From Octopus bimaculoides (Eukaryota): 64,000 nucleotides of DNA. Shown here one piece after another: positions 11,987 to 24,865 of the stretch (position 1 is its first letter; every line of letters starts with the position of its first letter). The DNA lies in assembly GCF_001194135.2 (NCBI RefSeq), contig NC_068994.1, positions 22,382,747 through 22,446,746 on the forward strand, given 5' to 3'. The notes under the pieces are model-generated. The model had not been told where the DNA came from. It did no database searches and was given only the letters and a program-made list of their open reading frames with translations. A program made the position numbers and the translations under genes.

Positions 11987-12555
11987 AAAGCCATTCAGAT
12001 GACTGGCAAAAATTCACTTACATGCTTAGGTGTGTGGCTTCTCTCTACTTTTTCTATATTGTTACTAAACTGACCTTTGCACTACATAACTAAATAGTCC
12101 CATATGCTCTCCTCCCTTACTGTGACTTAGTTCTTTGACTCTGCACTATACACTTTGCCTTATTCTATTTCTCCAGACAAGTTTCCCACAGAAGTTCTAC
12201 CTACCTGTCCATTCTTCCTGGTGATGTTTATGCCCAGTATCAACATATTTATCTTACAAATCAAGGTAGATTTGCAACAGTAATATGCACTGCCCTTCCT
12301 TTACTGATCACCAAATAAAAAACTGTTCTCACACTGACAAGCAATTGCACACCTTTAGTATGCAAAGGACTAACCACAATAAGGATCAAGTTTGTAGGCA
12401 AAGCAAAGAAACTTGTTAGTTTACAATTCTTATGAGACAAGATATTTTGTGCCAGAGTATTACATAAATATTCCAAGAAGTAAGATCGGAAACCAGTCAG
12501 TGTTACTAGAAATAATACATCAACTCAATCAATTAATTAGGCAACATTTACTTAC

Positions 12556-12679
12556 TCTCTTCATATGTAAATCAGATTTAGCCATTTCTGCAAAATAGTC
12601 ATCAGGTCTTTTGGTAGGAATTCCATCCATTTGAAGCTTTGGCATCAAACTCAATACTGCTGATTGGGCTTGTTTGTAG
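12556..12679 (-). CDS. EBNA1BP2: EBP2 exon 4: (F)YKQAQSAVLSLMPKLQMDGIPTKRPDDYFAEMAKSDLHMKR
   Basis: Contains the Ebp2 hallmark PTKRPxDYFAEMAKSD; gtaagt donor; phase 2 in. Confidence 0.97.
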
Positions 12680-12849
12680 CTAATTTTCAGAAATTAAAAG
12701 GAATACTGGCATGTTATTGTTTACATGGAATTGGAAAAGGCAAGAACTTACATTGTTCTGAAATAAAACAAGTAAACACTGGAAAGACAATATCTCTTTT
12801 AATGTTGACAGATTGACATGGTCCACACCACTCCATTATCTGGTGATAA

Positions 12850-13520
12850 GCATTTGACAGGGTGCCCTGTTCCCTTACCTAATGGTCAATGCGGAAGCTA
12901 GAGATTAGTGAGAGCTGTACAGGGATGTTGCAACTAAGGCAAAGGTTGGCAACATGTCTAACAATGAATTCAGTGTACAATTCACCAAAGATCAGTTCTT
13001 GGCTCACTCTTGTTTATTATAGACCTTCATGCTATAACAGAGGAATTCAAGAAGGCTGCCCCTGGGAGCTCTTCTATGCTGATGACCTTGTTCTTATAGC
13101 TGAATCACTAACTGATTTAGAGAAGAAATTCCAGGTGTGGAAGCAAGGCCTGGAATCTAAGGGCCTGTGAGTTAATTTAACAGAAACTGAAGTCCCAATA
13201 AGAAGGGAAATAGACAAATCACAAGTCTCTTCAGGGAGATGTCCCTGCTCAATATGTAAGAAGGGTGTTGGTAGGAACTCCATACATTGTATCCAGTGCA
13301 GGGTTTGGACACATGAGAAGTGTAACGGTATCACAGGAAGGTAAACAGAGAAAATAGTCTTTGTGTGTGGCGAATGTGCAGGTACAATAAGTGCTAAAAA
13401 TGTGCAGAAAATAGACTTCTTTAAATGCTCAGGGGACCATTACAAGTAGTAGGTAGCTTCTGTTATCTAGGCAACCAAGTTAGCAGTGGAGGAGGAAGCT
13501 CTGAAAGTGCTTCTCACTGA
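12850..13520 (+). mobile_element. RTE(-X)-clade LINE RT fragment with Cys-rich PHD-like insert
   Basis: AFDRVP, GCPWELFYADDLVLIAES (YADD), then CSICKKGVGRNSIHCIQCRVWTHEKC...CGEC; in-frame stops. Confidence 0.88.
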
Positions 13521-14574
13521 GAAAATGACAAGGGACCAAAAGGTGTGGTGATTTGTTATACTTGAGAAGACGTGTAGCTAAGTAAAATTGCAGTCATTCA
13601 TCTATACAGGCTTGTCCTTTACAGGTGCCAGTGCCACATGAAATGCACTGGTAACCAGTGCTGTGGAAACATACCTATGCCGGTGGCATGCAAAAAGCAT
13701 CCAACACACTCTATAAATTGGTTGGCGTTAGAAAGGGCATCCAACTTTAGAAACCATGCCACAATGGGCAATTGGAATTGGACAACTCCCTAGCTGTCTA
13801 GCTCCTGGCAGACCATCCAACCCATGCCAGCATGGAAAATGGATGTTATATTATTATTATTAGGAAAGTATTGTAGTTTGCTTGAAGCAATGTGTATTGT
13901 TTGTAAAGAATAAAAAGTTTGGAATGGTACAACAATGCACTGTAATTTAGTTATCCATAGTCCGATATTTCAGAATAAAGCAGTGACCCCATCTAAGAAT
14001 ATCTAAAGAAGGAACTGTATTCAGAAATATCATCGGACTATGGATTACAACAGGTATATAGTCCATTTTTTGTATTATAGTGCATTGTTGTAACATCATA
14101 AACAACACATAACAAAAATTACCAGCGTTCTTTCATATTGTGTGTCCAAGAGAATAGATGATGAGGCACTATGAGACCATCCAACTCAAGTCAAGATATG
14201 GAATGATGATGATAAAGAATCAGAAGCTCTTCTAAAATAAATTTTGTAGAGACAAAAAGACTTGTTTCATACTACAAGGATTTTTCATCATCCTGTGCAG
14301 ATAATTTTATCTTTTAAACACTAAATATATCTATGAGAAAATAAAATATAACAGTTCCAGAGTGGTTGGTTGATTATGAAAGAAATTATTTCTTCTGCAG
14401 ACATTAGTGTTTGATTTTGGTAATCATCCAATCCATATATAAGTAGTAGCATACTTGTTACAATCAATTTGGGAGAACATGTATGTACATGTGCAGATTT
14501 GTATATTTTTCTTCTCATGCATATACTTGCATATCTAGACATGCTCATATATATTTAAATGATAAACTTCTGGA

Positions 14575-14860
14575 AAGTTCTACAGATTTTTACAGTTTTA
14601 GTGATGACTTGGATCTGTAGTCTTTGAATCAGCCTTCTCCTTTCTGGTCATGAGAAACTTAATTTCTCAAGATTGGTGTTTAGGCAGTGTGTTACATAAC
14701 CCAGTGTCCCAATAATTACAGGTATAAACCTGAACTTGTAATCTGGATAGAGTAACTGCAGATTTCTTGATAGTTCAGCATAGGTATTCTCTTTTTCACT
14801 GGTCTTCAGCTTTATGTTAACATCTGCTGGGCAGCTAATTTCCACAATTGTATGTATACA
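14575..14860 (-). mobile_element. 3' end of a restriction-like-endonuclease (R4/NeSL-type) non-LTR retrotransposon
   Basis: EISCPADVNIKLKTSEKENTYAEL...IPVIIGTLG matches the RLE C-terminal pattern (ExxxP...EK..KY..L...VPVVIGALG). Confidence 0.75.
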
Positions 14861-14879
14861 TGTGTGTGTCTGTATATTT

Positions 14880-15117
14880 CTTTATTCTTTTACTTGTTTT
14901 ATTCATTTCACTGCAGCCATGCTGGAGCAGTGTTAAAGGGTTTTTCGTAGAAGAAATCAACTCCAGGACTAATTGTTTGTCAGCCTAGTACTTATTCTAT
15001 CAGTCTCTTTTGCCAAACTGCTAAGTTACAGGATCGTAAACACACCAACATCAATTGTCGAATGATAGTTGGGGGACAAACACATATACAAAGGCACGAT
15101 GATGATGATGATGATGA

Positions 15118-15162
<45 letters not shown>

Positions 15163-15415
15163 NNNNNNNNNNNNNNNNNNNNNNNNNNNNNNNNNNNNNN
15201 NNNNNNNNNNNNNNNNNNNNNNNNNNNNNNNNNNNNNTATATATGATGGGCTTCTTTCAGTTTTATCTACCAAAGCCACTCACAAGGCATTGGTCAGCCC
15301 GAAATTATAGTAGAAGACACTTGCCCAAGGTGCTACTGCATGGCACCTAGGGCAAGTGTCTGAACCAGGGATCATGTGGTTGGGAAACAAGCTTCTTAAC
15401 GCAGAGCCATGCTTG
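14880..15415 (-). mobile_element. SINE family A, full length with internal (GAT)n(TA)n microsatellite and an N gap
   Basis: 3' tail at 14880-14930, body, microsatellite at 15097-15243, head ending near 15410. Confidence 0.85.
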
Positions 15416-15837
15416 CACCTATATATATATATATATATCTATATATTTCTTAAAAAATTTAACAAAAACACACACAGAAAATTCAAATTCCTCATCAGTC
15501 AACATTATAATTTTACTCCTTTAATGATATTGTTCACTTTTGGTGGCGCCAGTGGCAAACAGCCATTAGGAAAAGCTAACGAACATATAGGATGATGATG
15601 AAACAAACATGACAAAATAAAATATAGATATACAACACAAAAAGCTTTGCAGCCACAAATATTTACAAACACACACTGTAATTCTAGAATCTGTTTCATT
15701 GAGACAGGCAAGTCTTCTTGAGCACTTCATATCACCAATCATTCCAGTCTTTCACCCTCTCTGTGAACAGTGAAACTATTTATGAAATGTAAATTAAATC
15801 TAAAATCTTGTCAAAAAATATACCTTGTAATACTCAC

Positions 15838-15998
15838 AAACAAAGTTCTCTCTGAAAGTCATTATTCACTGATGCATGTTCAGCGTCACCAATAACTTCT
15901 TCCAGTTGTTCTGCAGTTGTGGTCATGCTAGTGTAGTCAAGTCTTTCAACCCAGTTCAGGTTTAACCGGAAATTGTTTAGAATATTTTCCATATCATC
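15838..15998 (-). CDS. EBNA1BP2: EBP2 exon 3: DDMENILNNFRLNLNWVERLDYTSMTTTAEQLEEVIGDAEHASVNNDFQRELC(F)
   Basis: WVERLD and DFQRE.xFY motifs of Ebp2; gtgagt donor; phase 2 out. Confidence 0.96.
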
Positions 15999-16684
15999 CT
16001 ATAATTAAAAAAAGCATAAACAGAACAGAGTTGTTTTACAGTTTGCAAAGTTCTTTTTAAACTTGAAAACGTATTTTTCAATTATTTTCAAAGCAAGAAG
16101 TGGGGAATTAATTTTATAGATTTTCAAAATAATTGATTATGATTATGGCTAGATTACTGAGTAGTTAATATCCTCAGCAACACAAAACCTTTGTTTATGT
16201 TCTTAAGGCACACAGAGAAATGTCTTACAACCAGTATTCATTTCACTTTGGAAAGGCTTAAAATGGATTAAAATTTATTGCTCTCTCTCTGTAACTCAGA
16301 CATTGCATTAGCTTTGGTAAATGCTGCTTTCTTTCCTTTTGCTTGTCAAATAACCTCTCTTTACCCATCTATGAATCATATGTGCACACACTGTGTGTGT
16401 ATGTAAAATTGTCACAATCATCATCCATGTTGGATTAATTTGGATGGTTCAACAGGGTCCAATGTGCTGCAGAACTGTATCAAGCTCTAATACCTGTTGG
16501 CATGATTTCTACAGCTGGATGCCCTTTGAGGTCTTTTCCATAGCAACAGCACTAAGAAGTCACTAAGTAACTTGCAAGACAAAGAAAAAGTTTGGGGTGT
16601 AGTAGAGAGGGTAGTGGCGTTAAGCCATTTTCCTCTTGGGAGTAGAGTTCTGTCTGTTTAACATGTATGTATGTATAGGGCAAA

Positions 16685-17010
16685 GAACCCCCTTCAGTCT
16701 TGAATGACCATGGGATTGCACCTAGAAAGTTACCCTCCAAGGCACAAGTCCAGGCAAGGTTGTTTATGGAAGACCAGCAGTCGCCCATGCATACCAGCCT
16801 CTCCTCTCCATGCCACCAATGTTATCTAAGGGAAAGGCAAAGGCTGATACAGCTTGGCACAAGTGATGTCACAACTCATTTCTACAGCAGAGCGAACTGA
16901 AGCAATGTAAAATAAAGTGTCTTGCTCAAGAACACAACACACAGACCAGTCCAGGAATCAAACACACAACCTCGTGATTGTAAGCCTGATGCTCTAATCA
17001 CTGAGCCATG
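16685..17010 (-). mobile_element. SINE family B, inverted copy in EBP2 intron 2
   Basis: Reverse complement of 9626-9955, with exact shared runs of more than 35 nt (GGCTGGTATGCATGGGCGACTGCTGGTCTTCCATAAA). Confidence 0.9.
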
Positions 17011-17889
17011 TATCATAATCATCATTGCTTTAGTGCCCACATTTCCATGCCCACATGCACCAGACAAAAGTTATTGTGGTAGATTTTCTATGGTCACACA
17101 CCCTTCTTGTCTCCAACTCTCACCTGCTTCGAAGTAAGCTACTATTTCCTCAAGACCTGATATGTTTATAAGGAAGATTCACAATATCACATAATATCAA
17201 GCATGGAGACAGTAACACACACACATGCTTGTACATACATATGTGACAAGCTTCTTTCAGTTTCCAACAAAAAGCCACTCACAAAACTTTGGTTGGCTTT
17301 GGTATTTGTGCTTTAAAAAAAATTTGAAATCTACAGGGGGCGGTTTTTGTTGTCATTTCATCTGTAAATTAATCATCAGCTGGGTTTATGCCTTTGAAAA
17401 TGAGCGAAGTCAAAGATCCTTTAAATGACAAACAGGTAAGGGCTGGTCACAGGAAAGGCATTCTAGAAGTAAAATAATGCCACAATAATGTATATGACCC
17501 TTGCTAACATGGAAAAAGGTTAAAAAAACAAGGCACAAATGAACAAATCAAGTTCTCCTCATATATAAAATAAAAAGGAATGTTTGTGTGTGTCCATCTA
17601 TAGCAAGAAAGGCTACAGCATCTATATAAAAACTAATTCTTGTGCAAAATTTTAGGCCGAAGACAATGGAAGTGGTACCGACTCTCTATGTGCCCCCTAA
17701 TAGAGCTACCCACCATTTCCCAACGTCTTGAACACAAAGCAGCTCCAAAAGAAATCAACGATCTAAGGGGGATAATTAAATATGCATTATGATATTTCTT
17801 TCATTGGAGGCTCTCTTGAGGTTGTAGATGTTTCTGTTAACTAGGTGACTAAATTAGCAATGGTAGAGGATGCCCTAAAAGTATTGTTT

Positions 17890-19230
17890 CTAGAATAATA
17901 ATTGGGTGGAGGAAGTTCAGAGAGCTATTATCTCTATTGGCAACTAAAGGACTTTCTCTCAGAGTGAAAGGTAGACTTTATGATGCTTGTGTACGAATGG
18001 CTATACTCCATGATAGTGAGATATGGGCTCTGAATGCAGAACATATGCGTAGACTGGAGAGAAACGAAGGTGGTATGCTCCGTTGGATGTGCAATATCAG
18101 TGCTCATGTATTGAGAGAAAAGTTGGACATAAGAGGAATCAAATGTAGCATGCAAAAGAGAAGACTATGTTGGTTTGGACATGTGATGCGTATGAATGAG
18201 GACAGCTGCATAAACAAGTGCCGATCACTGAAATTGGATGGTATCCATGGAAGAAAGAGACCCAGGAAGACATGGGATCAAGTGGTAAGGACAGATCTCA
18301 GGAAGTTGGGCCTCACGGAGGAAATGACAATAAACCAAGATGTCTGGCAATATGAAGTTCTTGAGAAAACCTGCCCACATCAGTGGAACTGAGTTCCAGA
18401 AGTGCTGTGTGTCCCACCTACACTTAACAAGAAAAGTTTTCACACACTCTACCACAACAAACCAAACTACGTCTCTACATCTCTTCTCTTCTTCATATTT
18501 CTGCTTCATGTACTCTGATTACCTCCCCCTCCCCAATCTTGTCCTCTTGGCACTGTGCTACTGTATCATTGCTTCCTGCTTTCCCTTGACCTGTGTGTTC
18601 TACCCACATTCCTTGTCTAACTCTATTATTGCCATTTGCTAGTCTCCAAACTGAGTGTTCCACCCATTTGTTACAAGAAAACTTTCCCCTCACCCTACCC
18701 CCAACAAACCAATCTACATCTCTTTCTCACATTTCCTCCTTCATTCACTATGCCTAGCTCTCATTTCCCAATCCTGTCCTCACACCCCTGTTCCTCTGTA
18801 TCACTGCTATCTGGTAGCCCTTCCAACTCTATATATACCTAAGTCTTTCACCGCTTACACTCTTTCACAATATCCCGTCACTTATATTATGGCATGTGAA
18901 CCTCAAGGGTATGCCCTAGCACTTGCCACCATCTATATCTCTCTCTTCCTTTACTCAACCATCACATTCTAATCCTTGTTCCTTGTGAGTATGCCTGGCA
19001 TTTTGCTACCATCTCTATCCTGCTGAACCCCACTCACTCTCCTTCTCCTGCATTTCCCTCAAGTTGGGTAACTGTGTATTTCCTTTGTGGTAACACACCT
19101 GTTTCTGTCTTCATTCCTGATATTTCTCTCTCTGGCCGGGTAACTCTGTACTTCTACAGCAAGTCACCTGTATTTGTCTCACTATAACCATTTCATCATC
19201 CAGCACATGATCACCTCCTCCCTTCTTAAA
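17890..19230 (+). mobile_element. RTE LINE 3' end (RT C-terminus plus pyrimidine-rich 3' region)
   Basis: ORF ATKGLSLRVKGRLYDACVR...RRLCWFGHVMRM...RPRKTW, the typical RTE C-terminus. Confidence 0.85.
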
Positions 19231-21277
19231 AGCTTTTGTCTTGCAAGTACTTGGTGACTCTGTCAGTGCAGGTGCCACTTAAAAGCACCCAGTCCACACT
19301 GTAAAGTAGTTGGTGTTCGGAAGGGCGTCCAGCTGTAAAAACGTTGCCAAAACAGACCTTGCCTGTGCTTATGCCACGTAAAATGCACCAAGTCCACTCT
19401 GCTGAGTGGCTGATGTTAAGAAGGGCATTCAACTGTAAAAATCTGCCAAAACAGACACAGTAGCCTGGTGCAGACTTCTGCCTGGCCGGCTCTTGTGGTA
19501 CCGCCCCACCAATGCTAGCATGGAAGACGGACTTTAAACGACGATGATGATGTTTTTCTGAAATAAATGATTTATGGGAGATAATTAAATGTACATTATT
19601 ATCTCCCTTCCATTCGTTTTATATTTATGAAATTGTAAAGTTATATATGGATGAAATTGTAGTTATACTGTAGGTTCAAGTGGAACCTCGTTTGTGAAAT
19701 GAAAAAGATTCATGAAAACAATTACACAAGAATGAAAGTAAATTGTGAAGTTGCATGAGGATGAAATCGTAGTTATGATGTAGGTCTAAGTTAGCTAACT
19801 TTGGTGCCTATTTAGTCAAATGAAAAAGAAGCCCATGAAAACAATTAGACAAGGATGAAAGTAAATTCGAAGGCAAAGTTTAAAATTCAGTAAGGAATGT
19901 CATTTCAATTAATTTGACCATTCCGCAGGTAACTGTGCATTTATTTCCCGAAAATGGAACGAGGGTGGGTGAGTTGGTGGTGTGTTGGCTCCTATTTCTA
20001 GCACTTCACGTACTGTGTGTTTGACCATATGTTTTTTACAAATACAGTATATCAACACAAGAGTGCCCCTCCGAATTTGTTTCTTCATCACTTTAGGAAC
20101 AATGAGATTTGTTCGGCTAAAGGCAGTGCTCCACCATGACCGCAGTCAAATGAGTGAAAAACAAGTAAAAGAATAAAAGAATATCCTTGTAATGGTGTTG
20201 GAATTTGCTGTGAAAACCATTTTTTCACTCTGATCAAAGCGGAATCGTTTGAATTTTCTGAAACTGGTCTCTTGATTTGCAGAAAATGTTTATCCGATAT
20301 AATTGGAATCTATCAACTTTTTTTTGTCCAGTAAAATAAAATAATACAGCTTATTACAGTTATACACACATCTATGTCCTTATAAAGAGCAAAGTTTGTT
20401 TTCACACAACCCGACATTTATTTCTTGATGGTTCATTGTAAGATGTCAACAACACATGGCATTTAGATTACCATATGCAGACATTCGTTGGGGTGAATCA
20501 TTGAATCTTTTTTTCATATTCTTGCTCAATGATTGGTAACAAAGTGTTTCTGTCATGTCATTCATTGCACTTAAAAATCATCAACAGTCAGAGCCTTGTT
20601 TGAGATCAAAGACTCAAGGACCAGTAGTTGAGACCAGTCCGGAGCACATAGGTCAAAAGAGTGATAAAGATAAGAAATGGTAATAAATTCGTACCATGAA
20701 AGGTCACAAAACCAGCTGAGGTTTCGTTTCACAGAATAGACTATGGATACTGTAGTCAACTGCATGATAAAATAGCATCAATCACTTGGCTTAGCTATTT
20801 TATGCTATATTTGCAAACCAAAACAACTAACACTCATAAAATATTTTCTGACTGGTCAATAAGAAATTTCCAAGGTAACTAAAATAATAAAACATAGTTT
20901 TATAGGGAAGGATTAGGGAGTGAGCATTATATTTGTACATATATCTTGTTATCAGGATGCAAAAATTGTTAAGTTGTTACAAGATATTTTGTGAACATGG
21001 TTTAAACATTTAGCATTTAAACTGGCCATATCTGATCCAAATATCTACTTGTTTTATCTTCAAACTGGTCAGATATGGCCTCTCACACCTACCCTACAGT
21101 GTTCCTCTTTAAATGTCATTAGTTTTCTATTGATATCATTTCAATTTTAACTACTTTTTCATGGTTGTCTTTCAGTTCAACTGATTGTCTCTTACAGACT
21201 TTCAAAATCTCAATGATTCAATAAAAGATAATTCTGATCTTTAAAATAAAATGTAATGCATAAAAAAACAGGCTTAC

Positions 21278-21361
21278 TTTTCGATTGATGACTAACTCTC
21301 GAGGTTGAATCTCAATATTTAGACCAGGTTTCAGTAAATTATTTGCAATTGCAGTTTGTAA
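21278..21361 (-). CDS. EBNA1BP2: EBP2 exon 2: LQTAIANNLLKPGLNIEIQPRELVINRK
   Basis: LQ.A....LLKPGLN motif; ttttcag acceptor and gtaagc donor; phase 0/0. Confidence 0.95.
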
Positions 21362-21649
21362 CTGAAAATAGATAAAATAAAAATTGAAAGACATCATTTT
21401 AACATTCACTTTTCTAGGCTTGCATGAGTCAGACAGAATTTGATGAGGGAGATTATCTACAGCAAAATGCTTTTCCTATCACCATCTCTCACTTGTTTCC
21501 AAGCAAGGTAATATTTGTCCATGGCTAAAATATCACAGAATATTTGTACAGTGACACTTGTTTACAATTATCATGTGATATCAAGGTGAGGAGACAGTAA
21601 CACACACTTGCACACATGTCTAAGAAATATAGGAAGGATTAGAAAATAC

Positions 21650-22310
21650 CTAAATCAGTAGCTAACTGAAACATTAGTGACATGTATTTGTATCATCACC
21701 ACTGGACATGGGTAATGCATTACTCTATGAGAAATTTGACCATATCTCCAAACAGATGAGGGCTCTACACAGACTTCCCGTAAAAGTCTAAATAAGACTC
21801 TATGTTGATATTCAAAACTGTACATGGACTCACTACTCAATACATTAGTGAATTGCTTCATGGAAAAGAGTTAATACTGTGATATAAATCAAGTGGAAAT
21901 GCATTCATCATGTTACTAAGTACCGAGCTATGATGATAGGGTTTTCATATGTTGATTTTGTTGGTAGTTCATCGGTATCAGACGATGACAAAGCCTGCGT
22001 TCTAAGCAATGAGAATGCATGTGACTCTGCAGTTCAAAGTTGGAAGCACACAGATGTCAACAATTGTCACGATAGTCTGTTGTCTGAATTGAGGCAGATG
22101 CTGTCTTGTGGCAACTATCTCTTGCAGCAGCAAGACACTGTTGCTGGTCCTCCTTGAAGCCAGCTGCTGCTCAAGAGATGAGAGATCTCTATGCTGATCT
22201 GTCAGTGGCAGAAGCTTCAAGTTCACATGGATTAATGCTACTCTGTTTGAAGTTGCTTTACAGGGTGTCCTTCTACCTCAGCTTAGGCCATCCTTGATTG
22301 CTTTCTTATA
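21650..22310 (-). mobile_element. Possible very old LINE endonuclease remnant
   Basis: Only weak resemblance of the minus translations to APE-region motifs; higher GC than the flanks. Confidence 0.3.
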
Positions 22311-22539
22311 GCATCAAGATAATGGCAACACTCCATTTGTAGAAAAGGAGTTGGTAGAAATTCTATAAGGTGTACTCAGTATAATCAATGGATGCATTAA
22401 AAGGTGTAGTGACATAGCTTTGCTGTGTGAGCAACCAAATTAACAGTGGGGTTGGATGTTCTGAAAGTGTAGTAGTTAGAATAAGAATGTGGTGGAGAAA
22501 ATACTATTACCTCAGCTGGCAACAAAGGGCTTAACTCTC

Positions 22540-22960
22540 AAGATCAAGGACAGAGCATATGATACTTACAGGCAAAATATACAGCTGCATTACAGTGAGA
22601 TGTGGGGTCTGGAGTGTAAAGGACAAGCAAAAGCCAGAAAATGAGACAAGCATGCTTCACTGAATGCACCATGTTAGTGTGCATGAATGACAAAATATAA
22701 ATAAACAAGCTGGGTACAAGAGGAATCAGATATAGTGTGCAAGAGAGGAGACTGCACTGGTTTAGTCATATGATGCAAATGGAGGAGGACTACTGTAGAA
22801 ATAAGTGTCAATTGCTCAAAGAGAATGTCACCTGTGGAAAAGGGAAACTAAAGACATGGAGGTGGTGAAAAATGATCTCAAAATGTTGCATTTGATGAAG
22901 GCGATGACAAAATTGTTGACTGGTGATACACAGTGATGCAGAAGACCCAAAATCTCACAC
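22540..22960 (+). mobile_element. Decayed RTE 3' fragment
   Basis: GGCAACAAAGGGCTTAACTCTCAAG... is homologous to 17937 onward. Confidence 0.7.
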
Positions 22961-24249
22961 ACACATTCCTTGCCAACTGTTTTGTGCATGCACACCTACC
23001 TAATGTATTGCCCATTCTATATCCTCTTGGCACCCCACTATCTATTCTGTATTCATCTCTTCTACTCACCATGCCATGTCACTCATGTGATTTTTGTGCA
23101 TATTGAATATATCCCTTTCCCAAACTTTCATCACCTATATTCCTCTTTCCTCCCAAGTCATGATGCTTCCACTCTGGCAATCTTTACTCATACTATCTTG
23201 GACATATTACTTTGAGTATATCCTGGCCCTTATCATCATCTTATTTCTCCTCCATGCTCAACTCTACTCATATAACGGTGGGTGGTGCTGCATTTCTTCC
23301 AACTCAAACTGCCTTTTCCCCCATCCTCACCACCCTTAGCACTGACTATCTTACTAATTCCCTGACACACTTTTCACTTTCTTTCCTACTACCCCCTTCT
23401 CTAACACTGTTAGTTTCTCTCCTATCATTCTCTCTCAACAAACCTGAGTAATTCCAATAAGAACTACTTTGGACTATCTTGAACGGGTATGGCCAAACAA
23501 GACTGACTGAACACATTACTGAACCCACCACCTTATTACAATTACTACTTAGTTCTCCCTGACATTACTCTATTTCTATTACTCCTGCCCTAATATTGGT
23601 TCCCTTGTTATTCTCTCCATTAGCATCCTCTCGCAATAAATCTCTTCTATCCATCATGAAGCTAGTCCTTCACTTTGCAAGCTACAAGGTGACTAAATGA
23701 TGCTGGTGCCACAAAACACCTAATACACTCTGTAAGTGATTGGTAAATCGAATCAAGCAGTGGCATTGCAGGGGTTGATGGTAAGACAACAGCTATCATG
23801 CTGGTGACAGAAAAAATATATCCAGTACACTCTGTAAAATGTTTAATGTTAAGAAGGGCATCCGGCATGGTCAATCAGATTTTCTGCCAACAGATGTGTG
23901 TATGGTAAAGTGGACCAGGGATTAAAGGGTGAATGGGTTGGTGGGTAAGTTCAAGAGATTACAAAAAGAGAGTATGAGATGGCAGCTGGAGGGAATGCAG
24001 TGAGTGGGCACAGATAGAGGGAGGTGGGTATTAGGACAATATGTTGTGGGGAAAAGATTTGACTGGGATAAATTGTGTGCAGGAGGTAGGTTCATGATGG
24101 AAAGTGAGAAATTGAGGGGAGAGGAATACAATATATGGTGAGTCCATTGGGAGATGTTGAGATGGGTGGGTGGGTGTGGAAGATGGGCTGTGGAGGAGAG
24201 ATTTATCAGAAGCTAGATTGTGTCAGCGGCAGGTAGGAGGGGGGCATTG

Positions 24250-24860
24250 ATATAAAGGATATGCCTTTATGGCAATAGATACGGAAAACAAGAAAATGTC
24301 ATGGAAGTGCTATTATGAGAGGCTGCTGAATGTGGAGTATGCATATGATAAAGAAAGGTTACTTCATGCTGATCCTACAAAGGAACCAGCAATTGAAGTT
24401 GACAGTTGCATGGTAGATAAAGAGATTGAGGTCATGAAGATGGGGAAAATTGCAGGTCCATGAGAGACAATTGCAGAGTTGCTCAAAATATCTGGTGAGG
24501 TATGCATGATAGTTAATCAAGTTATACTGGAAGGTATCAACCCAAATGACTGGCATAGCAGTAAACTGCTACAAAGGAGATGTTTCAGAGAGGAATTTAT
24601 AGAGAAATCAAAATACTGGATCAGTTTATGAAGGCCTTGGAGAGAATCATAGCATGTCGATGAAATGTTTGGTTTTGTATTTGGGAGGTACTTAGGCTAT
24701 AATTTTCCTAATGAGGCACCAAAAGGGAAAGACACAGCTAAGAGTAAACCACTGGCATTCAGTGACTGAAGACGGCGTTTGACAGGGTACCACATTCAGT
24801 AATTTGGTAGTTATTAAGGAAACTAAGTGTACACAAATGGTTTATGAGGGATGGACAAGC
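24250..24860 (+). mobile_element. Decayed RTE fragment (pre-RT to RT domain 2)
   Basis: SWKCYYERLLNVE...EPAIEVDSCMVDK...GK.AGP is homologous to the 55825-56445 ORF. Confidence 0.75.
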
Positions 24861-24865
24861 CATAT

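Noticed and set aside
14220-14291. ATGATGA...CTGA on the minus strand (box C/D snoRNA-like) in EBP2 intron 3
   Set aside because: Weak terminal stem, no recognisable rRNA-complementary guide, and ATGATGA is very common here because of (GAT)n tails. A snoScan run would settle it.
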